DNA of 64,000 nt from Methanomicrobiales archaeon (lineage in GTDB: Archaea; Halobacteriota; Methanomicrobia; Methanomicrobiales; JACTUA01), in assembly GCA_015660865.1 (NCBI GenBank), contig JACTUA010000002.1:60548-124547 (forward strand). The letters run 5' to 3'. Shown piece after piece: positions 20,093-27,618 of the stretch (positions are counted from its first letter, which is position 1; each line of letters opens with the position of its first letter). A program made the position numbers and the translations under genes. The notes beneath the pieces are model-generated. The model had not been told where the DNA came from, did no database searches, and saw only the letters and a list, made by a program, of their open reading frames with translations.

Positions 20093-20592
20093 AGCCCCAT
20101 ACCCTCTCGGTCCTCGTCGAGAACAGGCCCGGGGTCCTCTCCCGGGTCTCGGGCCTCTTCACCCGGCGCGGCTTCAACATCGAGAGCCTCGCCGTGGGCA
20201 CCTGCGAGGAGCCCGACATGAGCCGCATGACCATCGTTGTCGTCGGCGACGACGCACAGGTGGAGCAGGTGATCAAGCAGCTCAACAAGCTGATCGACGT
20301 GGTCAAGGTCTCGGATATCACGGAGATGGAGACGGTGGACCGCGAGCTCGCCCTCATCAAGGTATCCGCCGAGGCAGGTTCCACCCGTGCCGAGGTGATG
20401 CAGGTCGCCGATATCTTCCGGGCCCAGATCGTGGACGTGGGGGCAAAGACCGTGGTCCTCGAGGTCACGGGGGGATCCACGAAGATCGACGCCCTGGAGG
20501 GCCTGCTCCGGCAGTACGGGATCAAGGAGCTCGTCCGCACCGGGAAGATATCGGTGCTCCGGGGCTCAAAGACCGTCAAGTCCTCCAAATAG
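20089..20592 (+). CDS. ilvN: acetolactate synthase small (regulatory) subunit
   Basis: 167-aa ACT-domain protein ([31 protein letters not shown]). It has a 4-nt overlap with ilvB. Confidence 0.9.
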   Translation: MKPHTLSVLVENRPGVLSRVSGLFTRRGFNIESLAVGTCEEPDMSRMTIVVVGDDAQVEQVIKQLNKLIDVVKVSDITEMETVDRELALIKVSAEAGSTRAEVMQVADIFRAQIVDVGAKTVVLEVTGGSTKIDALEGLLRQYGIKELVRTGKISVLRGSKTVKSSK

Positions 20593-20612
20593 GGCGATCC
20601 TTAGCCCCTTTT

Positions 20613-20948
20613 TTAATAGATTCCCCGTTTGATACGACCCATCTCCCTGAGCACCGCAGATGGTTTCACCAGCACCCCTTCCCCCTCGAGGAGGCCGGAT
20701 AGGCGGTAGACCGAGGCCTGGGATAGGTTCCTCTCGAGAGCTGCCCGGGCTGCGACCCGTTCCACCGGTTCTCCCGTTCCCCGTGCCCGGGCAGTGATCT
20801 CGGTCACGCACAGCTCCACCCTGCCTGCCTTCCTCTCCCTTCTCGCGATCCCCTCGTATTTCCGGATGATACCCTCGAGCTCCAGGGCAAGCCCCTCCTC
20901 GCCGATCATCCCGATGACCCGGGAAATGAGAGCCTGATATTTTTTCAT
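20613..20948 (-). CDS. hypothetical protein, possible winged-helix DNA-binding protein
   Basis: 111-aa ORF. The C-terminal segment LSQASVYRLSGLLEGEGVL looks like an HTH recognition helix. No family recognised. Confidence 0.4.
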   Translation of the reverse strand: MKKYQALISRVIGMIGEEGLALELEGIIRKYEGIARRERKAGRVELCVTEITARARGTGEPVERVAARAALERNLSQASVYRLSGLLEGEGVLVKPSAVLREMGRIKRGIY

Positions 20949-21045
20949 TTATAGTATAATTGGTAAGTTATCTGGATAATAAAGGTAACGGCCGCCCTAC
21001 CGGGAGGGATTACCCATATATGGCATCGGCGCCTAGGTACAGGTC

Positions 21046-22359
21046 GTGAGATGGGCTGTCCTGGGCGGGGGTCTTGCCGGGGTGACCCTTGCGAGGCTCC
21101 TCCACGAGAGGGAGCACGAGGTACGGGTCTTCGAGCGGGAGCCGGAACCCGGTGGTCTCTGCCGCTCACGGACCGAGAAGGGGTTCACCTTCGACTCGGG
21201 GGGATCCCACGTCATCTTCTCCCAGGACGCAGAGGTCCTCGCTTTCATGCACCGCGTCCTCGGGGAGAACCGCGAGGTGAGGGAGCGGAAGACCAAGATC
21301 TTCTACAAGGGGAGGTACGTGAAGTACCCCTTCGAGAACGGCCTCGCCGACCTCCCCAAGGAGGACCTCTTCTTCTGCATCTACGAGTTCGTGAAGACCC
21401 TCATCGCCGCAGAGAAAGGAGAGCTGGACCCCCCCGCGAACTTCAGGGACTGGATGTACCGCACCTTTGGAAAGGGGATCGCAGAGTCCTACCTCATCCC
21501 CTACAACGAGAAGATCTGGAAGCTCCCGCCCGAGAAGATGTCCTGCCACTGGGTGGAGGGGAGAATCCCGCGCCCGCCGGTAGAGGACGTAATCCGGTCT
21601 GCCATCGGGATCGAGACCGTGGGCTACACACACCAGGCCGTCTTCTCCTACCCACGATCGGGTGGGATCGAGGCCCTCGTTACGGCCATTGCCGGGCCGA
21701 TCAAGAATTTTATTTCAACGAACTCACCTGTCACCTCCGTTACCCGGAAAGGGGACGGGTTCGTCGTCCGTGCCGGTAACCAGACGGTCCAGGCCGACCA
21801 GGTTGTCTCCACCATTCCCCTTCCAGCACTCCTCTCGTGTCTGGAAGATGTTCCGGAGGATGTGACTGATGCATGCCAGGGGCTCCGATCCACGGCACTT
21901 CTCTCGGTATTCCTCGGGCTCGAAGGAGAGGTCCCCCCGTACTCCTGGGTCTATGTGCCCTCACCCGAGATCGGCCTCTTCAACCGGGTCTCCTTCCCGT
22001 CCAACTACAGCCCCTCAGTGGCTCCGCAAGGCCATGCATCCATCCTCGCGGAGATCACATGCATGAGGGAAGATCCCCTCTTTTCCACCCGGGACGGTGA
22101 GATAACTGACCATGTGATCAAGGGTCTCCTGAAGATGGCGATCCTTGAAGATCCCCGCAGGATAGTCTATTCCGCCGTGGAACGGAGCCCCTATGCCTAC
22201 GTGGTGTACGACCTCGGGTACCTGGAGAAGATCGGAGTGGTGAGGCGTTTCTGCGAGGAACAGGGGATCCACCTCGTGGGCCGGTTCTCCCGCTTCGAGT
22301 ATCTGAACATGGACGGCGTCATCAGGAGCGCCATGGACTTTGTGAAGGGCCAGGGATGA
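21046..22359 (+). CDS. FAD/NAD(P)-binding oxidoreductase (amine oxidase / protoporphyrinogen-oxidase-like / UDP-galactopyranose-mutase-like fold)
   Basis: GTG start. The N-terminal dinucleotide fold is VLGGGLAGVTLARLL...VRVFEREPEPGG. It is the first gene of an operon with two glycosyltransferases, joined by 4-nt overlaps. Confidence 0.65.
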   Translation: MRWAVLGGGLAGVTLARLLHEREHEVRVFEREPEPGGLCRSRTEKGFTFDSGGSHVIFSQDAEVLAFMHRVLGENREVRERKTKIFYKGRYVKYPFENGLADLPKEDLFFCIYEFVKTLIAAEKGELDPPANFRDWMYRTFGKGIAESYLIPYNEKIWKLPPEKMSCHWVEGRIPRPPVEDVIRSAIGIETVGYTHQAVFSYPRSGGIEALVTAIAGPIKNFISTNSPVTSVTRKGDGFVVRAGNQTVQADQVVSTIPLPALLSCLEDVPEDVTDACQGLRSTALLSVFLGLEGEVPPYSWVYVPSPEIGLFNRVSFPSNYSPSVAPQGHASILAEITCMREDPLFSTRDGEITDHVIKGLLKMAILEDPRRIVYSAVERSPYAYVVYDLGYLEKIGVVRRFCEEQGIHLVGRFSRFEYLNMDGVIRSAMDFVKGQG

Positions 22360-23333
22360 AGATCAATTTCGTCGTCGAGGACTTCTCGGTCTTCAAGTAC
22401 ATCGGGAGCGCGACCGCAGCACGGGCCATCTACCGGAACATGCCCAGGGACGCGGATCTCGATCTCTCCTGGAACTCGACGCGGGGAAGGGTTGACCTCG
22501 CCCATTTCCACACCTTCGGCCCTATGGCCCTCGCCTACCGGACGTATATGAGAGGGGTGAAGGTCCTCACCGCACACTCGACGCCCCATACAAACGTGGG
22601 AAACATCGCCGAAAGCGGGTTCATCAACCGGCTCTATCCACCCATCTACCGGGGCTTTGACCACATCATCACCGTCTCGAACCCCTGTGACCGGGAGATT
22701 AAAGCGATGCTCCCGGAGATTGCGACCACCATGATCCCGAACGGGGTCGACCGCGGGATCTTCCAGAGATACGAGGACAAGCGCAAGGCATTTCGTGCAG
22801 CCCTCGGAGCTGACGAGGACGAGACCGTGGTCCTCGCCCTCGGGCAGCAGACCCCGAGGAAGGGGATCTACGACTTCCTGGAGCTCGCAGCCCGCACACC
22901 CGACGTTATCTGGGTATGGGTCGGCGGTTTCCCCTACGGGCGCCTCTCGAAGGATTACTCGCGGATCGCGCGGGAGAAGAGGAGAGCCTCGGAGAACGTG
23001 GTCTTCACCGGCTTCGTACCCGACGTCACCGAGGCGTACAGCGGGGCGGACCTCTTCTTCTTCGGCTCGCGGGCCGAGACCTTCGGCCTTGTCATCCTCG
23101 AGGCCCTCGCGAGCGGGCTCCCCGTTGTCGCCCGCGGGATCCCCGAGCTCCGGGAGATCTTCGGCGATGCCGTCGCCTTCTTCGATACCCTCGATGAGGC
23201 CCGGGATCTCGTCCAGTCAAAAGCAAAGCTGCACCTCTCAGGGGACAAGGCAAGGCGGTTCACCGAGCAGTTCGACATCAGACTTATTGCCGAGGCCCAC
23301 GCGAAGCTGTACAGGAGGCTTGCCGAGCCGTGA
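22356..23333 (+). CDS. glycosyltransferase family 4 (GT-B, GT1/GT4 type)
   Basis: 325-aa ORF with a C-terminal E-x7-E-like region (ETFGLVILEALASGLPVV). Confidence 0.8.
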   Translation: MKINFVVEDFSVFKYIGSATAARAIYRNMPRDADLDLSWNSTRGRVDLAHFHTFGPMALAYRTYMRGVKVLTAHSTPHTNVGNIAESGFINRLYPPIYRGFDHIITVSNPCDREIKAMLPEIATTMIPNGVDRGIFQRYEDKRKAFRAALGADEDETVVLALGQQTPRKGIYDFLELAARTPDVIWVWVGGFPYGRLSKDYSRIAREKRRASENVVFTGFVPDVTEAYSGADLFFFGSRAETFGLVILEALASGLPVVARGIPELREIFGDAVAFFDTLDEARDLVQSKAKLHLSGDKARRFTEQFDIRLIAEAHAKLYRRLAEP

Positions 23334-24031
23334 TCTCCGTCGTCGTCCCCGCATACAACGAGGAGGAGAACATCACGGCCTGCCTCGAGTCCCTCAACCG
23401 CCAGACCCTTCACAGGACCGGGTACGAGATCATCGTGGTGGACGGCAACTCGAAGGACCGCACCCGGGAGCTCGCAGCACCCCTTGCCGACACTGTCTTC
23501 GTTCAGACGAGCAAGAGGGTCGGGGGGGCACGGAACGACGGGGCCATGAGGGCGAAGGGCGAGATCGTGGCCTTCACCGATGCCGACTGTGTCATCCCGC
23601 CGGATTGGCTTGAGCGGATCCGGGATGACTTTGCAAGGCACCATCCGGACCTTCTCTACGGCGCAGTCTACCCGAAGGAGCCGGGGTTCAAACACCGTAT
23701 AGCCCTTGGTATGGCCAACACCTTCGCCTGGATCGGCTATCACACGAGAACCCTGTACTACTCCCTCGGGTGCAACACCGTTGTTGACCGCGCTGCCTTC
23801 ATCCGGGCAGGGATGTACCGGTCCATGGATGCCGGCGAGGATATCGAGATTGCCCTGCGGATGAAGCGGCTCGGGAAGGTCCTCTTCGACCCGAAACTGA
23901 GGGTAGGTTTCTCCATGCGCCGTTACCAGCAGTTCGGCACCCTGCGGACCCTGTACCAGTGGCTCTACATCGTCGCCTACGGAGGGGAGACCTCGCGCTA
24001 CTCCTACTCGAGAAAGGAGTACGAAAAATAA
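23330..24031 (+). CDS. glycosyltransferase family 2
   Basis: Begins ISVVVPAYNEEENI and has the DxD motif (FTDADC), the typical GT-A signature. Confidence 0.8.
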   Translation: MISVVVPAYNEEENITACLESLNRQTLHRTGYEIIVVDGNSKDRTRELAAPLADTVFVQTSKRVGGARNDGAMRAKGEIVAFTDADCVIPPDWLERIRDDFARHHPDLLYGAVYPKEPGFKHRIALGMANTFAWIGYHTRTLYYSLGCNTVVDRAAFIRAGMYRSMDAGEDIEIALRMKRLGKVLFDPKLRVGFSMRRYQQFGTLRTLYQWLYIVAYGGETSRYSYSRKEYEK

Positions 24032-24048
24032 TTCGGGGTTTCGGCATG

Positions 24049-24180
24049 ACAGGGAGAAAAGGGCCGAAGGCCGTGGTTCCGGGAAAAGGGCCGATGAAGG
24101 CGGTAGCGGAAAAAGGGCCGAGGGTGGGAGATTCGGAAAACGGGCCGAGGGGGGCGAATGCGGAAAACGGGCCCGGGGAG
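24049..24180 (+). repeat. 27-bp tandem repeat, 4 full units plus partial units at each end (GGGCCGA-N13-CGGAAAA consensus)
   Basis: Units at 24061-24087, 24088-24114, 24115-24141 and 24142-24168 were counted directly. The period is a multiple of 3 and is in frame with ATG 24046 and the thioesterase (9-aa units GPKAVVPGK / GPMKAVAEK / GPRVGDSEN / GPRGANAEN). Confidence 0.8.
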
Positions 24181-24558
24181 ATGACCGGCGAACAGCGGAT
24201 ACAGGCCCTAGGTGCGTGCCCCTTTGCCCGCCTCCTGGGAATGGAGATCGTCGAAACCTGGCTAGGGGGAGCGCGGGTCGTCATGGATACGACGGGGAAG
24301 GAGAACTTCCTCGGGGTCGCCCACGGCGGGGCGATCTTCTCCCTAGCAGATCAGGCCTTCGCCGCGGCCGCGAACCGCGACGGGATCCTCCAGGTGGCGG
24401 TCTCGGTCCACATCCATTACCTCTCGCCAGCCAAAGGGAAGCTCGAAGCCGTTGCCCGGCTCATCGCCGAGACCGACCGGACCTCCCTCATCCTCGTCGA
24501 GGTGAAGTCTGGCGAGCGGGTCGTCGCGACGTTTGAGGGCGTGGCGTACAAGGCGTGA
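24181..24558 (+). CDS. PaaI-family hotdog-fold thioesterase (core; possible N-terminal repeat extension from ATG 24046)
   Basis: The core MTGEQRIQALGACPFARLLGMEIVE...GVAHGGAIFSLADQAF is typical of PaaI/YbgC-like thioesterases (~126 aa). Either ATG 24181 (preceded by GGGGAG) or ATG 24046 is possible. Confidence 0.7.
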   Translation: MTGEQRIQALGACPFARLLGMEIVETWLGGARVVMDTTGKENFLGVAHGGAIFSLADQAFAAAANRDGILQVAVSVHIHYLSPAKGKLEAVARLIAETDRTSLILVEVKSGERVVATFEGVAYKA

Positions 24559-24580
24559 AACGATTTGCAGGTTGTCGCTT

Positions 24581-24793
24581 TGGTGTCCCCACCGTGGGGA
24601 TGATCCATTCCCATGAAACATGGGTCTTCGTTGGTACCGAAAACCATCTGCCACCTCACCCCATACACGAAGGGGGGTGCCCGCGGCGGGGGCGGAAGTC
24701 CCCCGAGAGCCCAACAGTAAAAGAAGCGAACCTCTAAACGATTCTGAAGTGGACATTTTGGATAGGTGAGCGGAGCGAATCCCACAGGAGCAT
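24581..24793 (+). repeat. unclassified GC-rich intergenic element, full copy 1 (core 24581-24764 plus 28-nt box 24765-24792); possible structured ncRNA or MITE-like repeat
   Basis: Aligns with the reverse complement of 42371-42560. The central 60 nt (24664-24723) are 55/60 identical by hand count. It contains the GGGGG-CGGAAGT-CCCCC hairpin at 24688-24704. Confidence 0.7.
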
Positions 24794-24847
24794 CTGACGA
24801 TGGTATTTTATAAACCCTTATATCCCCTCCCGTCCACCGCTCACATT

Positions 24848-25399
24848 ATGACGAGCGCTGAGAAGAAGGCCGTGGAGACGGTGGCAGGCCTCATGGCCCT
24901 CTCCGCGAGGACCGCCCCGAAGGGAAAGGGGCAGGACGCCCTTGTCACCCGGGTCCTCGTGGGGGACGAGGTGAAGGCCCTCTCCCGCGGCATGGATGCC
25001 CTCGGGAAGGAGAAGGAGATCCGTTTCTTCCTCCGCGACGCGAGGAACGTGGGGGCGAGCGACGCCTGCCTCCTTCTCGGGATGAGAAGGGAGCCGACGG
25101 CCGGCCTCGACTGCGGGGCGTGCGGGTTCTCCACCTGCGCCGGGATGCTCATGGAGGACCCGGGGAAGAACCGGACGCTCTTTGCAGGGCCGAACTGCGC
25201 TGTGCGGATGGCGGACCTCGGGATCGCCCTCGGGTCTGCGGTGAAGACCGCATCCCTTCACAACGTGGACAACCGGGTGATGTACTCGGCGGGCGTGACG
25301 GCCCTCTCCCTCGGGCTCCTCGAGGAATGCACGGTGGGCTACGGGATCCCCCTCAAGGCATCGGGGAAGAACATCTTCTTTGACAGGAAGGACCCGTAG
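24848..25399 (+). CDS. DUF2148 / COG4739-like protein with ferredoxin-type Cys cluster
   Basis: Start at MTSAEKK, with an ATTTTATAAA TATA-like box at 24805-24814. Cys motif GLDCGACGFSTCAGM. Family assignment is from memory. Confidence 0.6.
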   Translation: MTSAEKKAVETVAGLMALSARTAPKGKGQDALVTRVLVGDEVKALSRGMDALGKEKEIRFFLRDARNVGASDACLLLGMRREPTAGLDCGACGFSTCAGMLMEDPGKNRTLFAGPNCAVRMADLGIALGSAVKTASLHNVDNRVMYSAGVTALSLGLLEECTVGYGIPLKASGKNIFFDRKDP

Positions 25400-25411
25400 G
25401 AGGAGTGAGAA

Positions 25412-26491
25412 ATGGCCAAGATGATGATACGCGGCGGGGACCTGGACCTGGTCGAGTTCGAGTTCAGCCCTTTTTCCCCGGGCGAGAAGATCAACACCCT
25501 GAACCTGAAGAAGAGATATGAGCTGAAGCCCGTCAGGGACACGATACGGGTGAAAGCCCCGGCCCGTATCCACCTCACGGTCCTTGACATGAACCGCTTC
25601 GCCCCCGGTCACCCGGGTGGTGGCGGGGTCGGCTTTGCCGTCCAGGTGTACTGCACCGCCGAAGTGACCTGCACATCCCGGGAAACTGAGATCGATTATA
25701 ACCGTGAACCCATCCTCCGGCACTTCGTTGAGGTCTTCCGAAAAACAGTCGGTTATAAGGGAGGGTTCCGGATAAAGGCTCGGGATCACGAGTACAAGCA
25801 CGTGGGGATGGGATCCACATCGACCATCACCATCGCAGTCGCAAACGCGATGAATACTGCCCTCGGCTCCCCCCTCTCCCGGGACGAACTCCGGCTCCTC
25901 ATGGGCAACAACTTCGTTGAGGAGACCTCCGAAGGGAACGTGACCTTCGCCTTCGAGACCGGGGTCGGCCCCGCCGTCTCGACCTACGGCGGCATGGCCA
26001 TCATGGGGGACGAGCTCTCCCTCGTGTACCACCATCCTTTCGCCGAAGGGATGAACGTCTACATCGTCATCCCGTCGTCCGAGATCTCCTCGGCCGGCGA
26101 GAAGGAGTTCGAGCTCCTCATGAACCGGGCACGCGACCTCGACTACAAGGACCGGGAACTGAAGTGCTACATGGTTATGATGGATCTCATCCCGGCGCTG
26201 GAACGGGGTGATGTGAAGAAAGCCGGGGATATCATCTGGGAGATCGAGTTCCGGGGATCCAAGAGGGCCGAGGTGAGCCACCATGGGTTCCGGATCTACC
26301 AGTACATGGCAAAGCTCCGGGAGTCCGGCTTCGAGTTCGTGGGTATGTCCTCGGTCGGCCCCACCATCGCTGTCATCACGGATAAGGAGCGGAAGGCGGT
26401 AGAGAAGGCGATCTCCCCGCTCGATCTGTCGATCGCTGTCGAGACGAAGATCGATAACCGGGGGATGGTCATCGGGAAGCGGAAGGGCTGA
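25412..26491 (+). CDS. beta-ribofuranosylaminobenzene 5'-phosphate (beta-RFAP) synthase, GHMP-kinase-like (methanopterin biosynthesis)
   Basis: 359-aa ORF with IRVKAPARIHLTVLDMN and a GHMP-like Gly-rich motif (GMGSTST). Length and motifs fit the MJ1427 family. Confidence 0.7.
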   Translation: MAKMMIRGGDLDLVEFEFSPFSPGEKINTLNLKKRYELKPVRDTIRVKAPARIHLTVLDMNRFAPGHPGGGGVGFAVQVYCTAEVTCTSRETEIDYNREPILRHFVEVFRKTVGYKGGFRIKARDHEYKHVGMGSTSTITIAVANAMNTALGSPLSRDELRLLMGNNFVEETSEGNVTFAFETGVGPAVSTYGGMAIMGDELSLVYHHPFAEGMNVYIVIPSSEISSAGEKEFELLMNRARDLDYKDRELKCYMVMMDLIPALERGDVKKAGDIIWEIEFRGSKRAEVSHHGFRIYQYMAKLRESGFEFVGMSSVGPTIAVITDKERKAVEKAISPLDLSIAVETKIDNRGMVIGKRKG

Positions 26492-26533
26492 ATGAATCGG
26501 AGCCCGGGGCCTGATCGGCCTGCGGGAACCGGT

Positions 26534-27517
26534 TCATTTCTGTCGTATCTTCCCGCGCAGGAGGTCTGAAAACTCCTCCTGATTCTTTTTTCTCACGATC
26601 CGGGCACCTGTTTCCATCCCTGTTCCCCCGTACCCGATGGCCATCCCCCGGGTATTGAACGATATCCCCGGAAGACCATGGCCATCGAGGAGGATGATAC
26701 CGGCCGTGTCAGGTCCGAAGAGGCGGGTGAGGCCGCTGATGCTTTCACTCGCTGCAGCCGGGGCCTCAATGCCTTCAGCCATGAGGCCGACCGCCCGGAG
26801 TGACAGGCCATACATGGCAATGGCCTCACCGACACCTGACGTGGAGGCGGCTCCGGCTCCCCGCATCGCGTAGAAGCCGTGCCCGACGACCGGCGAATCC
26901 CCGACCCTTCCCGGGATCTTGAAGGAGAGCCCGCCGGTGCTCGTTGCCGCGGCGAACCTCCCCTCATCATCCATTGCTATCGCTCCGACGGTGTCACCTT
27001 CCCGTGTTCCGGTCAGGCTGGGTCCGAGCTCACGGACCCAGCGGTGATCCGGGGCCTCGAGATATTCCCTCCTCTTCTTCTCGATCTCCTCCCGGCGTGT
27101 TGCATCGGGATGGAGCTCGCCCGAGATGCCGAAGGCCCCGGCAAGCCTCTCGGCCCCGACCCCAACCACGAGGACGTTCTCTGTTTTATCCATCACGATC
27201 CTCGCGAGCCTGATCGGGTGAGGGACCGAGCGGACGGCCGCCACCCCGCCGGCCCTGAGGCTCTCACCATCCATGAGGCCGGCGTCGAGCTCGATCACGC
27301 CGTCGAGGTTCGGGAGAGCCCCTCTTCCTGCATTGAATTCCCCGGATCCTTCTATCGAGGCGACCGCTTCCACGACGGCGTCCACCGCAGATCCGCCCTT
27401 CAGGGCAGCGAGGGCAGCTTCCACGGCGGTAGCGAGGGCGGGAATCACCTCCCCCTCCCTTATTTTGCCCTCTTCCCACGAACCGGCGCCCCCGTGGACC
27501 AGGATCCGGCCTTTCAT
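26534..27517 (-). CDS. isoaspartyl peptidase / L-asparaginase (Ntn-hydrolase, plant-type)
   Basis: Motifs ILVHGGAG, the autoprocessing site DTVGAIAMD, and GGLSFKIPGRVGDSP. An alternative upstream start lies at 27544. Confidence 0.8.
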   Translation of the reverse strand: MKGRILVHGGAGSWEEGKIREGEVIPALATAVEAALAALKGGSAVDAVVEAVASIEGSGEFNAGRGALPNLDGVIELDAGLMDGESLRAGGVAAVRSVPHPIRLARIVMDKTENVLVVGVGAERLAGAFGISGELHPDATRREEIEKKRREYLEAPDHRWVRELGPSLTGTREGDTVGAIAMDDEGRFAAATSTGGLSFKIPGRVGDSPVVGHGFYAMRGAGAASTSGVGEAIAMYGLSLRAVGLMAEGIEAPAAASESISGLTRLFGPDTAGIILLDGHGLPGISFNTRGMAIGYGGTGMETGARIVRKKNQEEFSDLLRGKIRQK

Positions 27518-27618
27518 CGACACCCTCCTCATCCCTGCCTGCATGGATTCAAAGGATTCTCCCTCCCATCCGATCTACCTGTTGCCTGCAGATGGGTCCC
27601 TGAACCGGCTATCGGTGC

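Noticed and set aside
24555-24737. 60-aa ORF inside repeat copy 1 (and 101-aa ORF 42363-42668 inside copy 2) as possible small proteins
   Set aside because: The two copies are open in different frames over the conserved block. The frame that does give a similar peptide (WALGGLPPP..) has no start codon in copy 2. Nucleotide differences are not biased to third positions.
24818-26284. 488-aa ORF antisense to the DUF2148 and beta-RFAP synthase genes
   Set aside because: Same reasoning. It spans two well-supported sense genes and their intergenic spacer, and its composition is non-protein-like.
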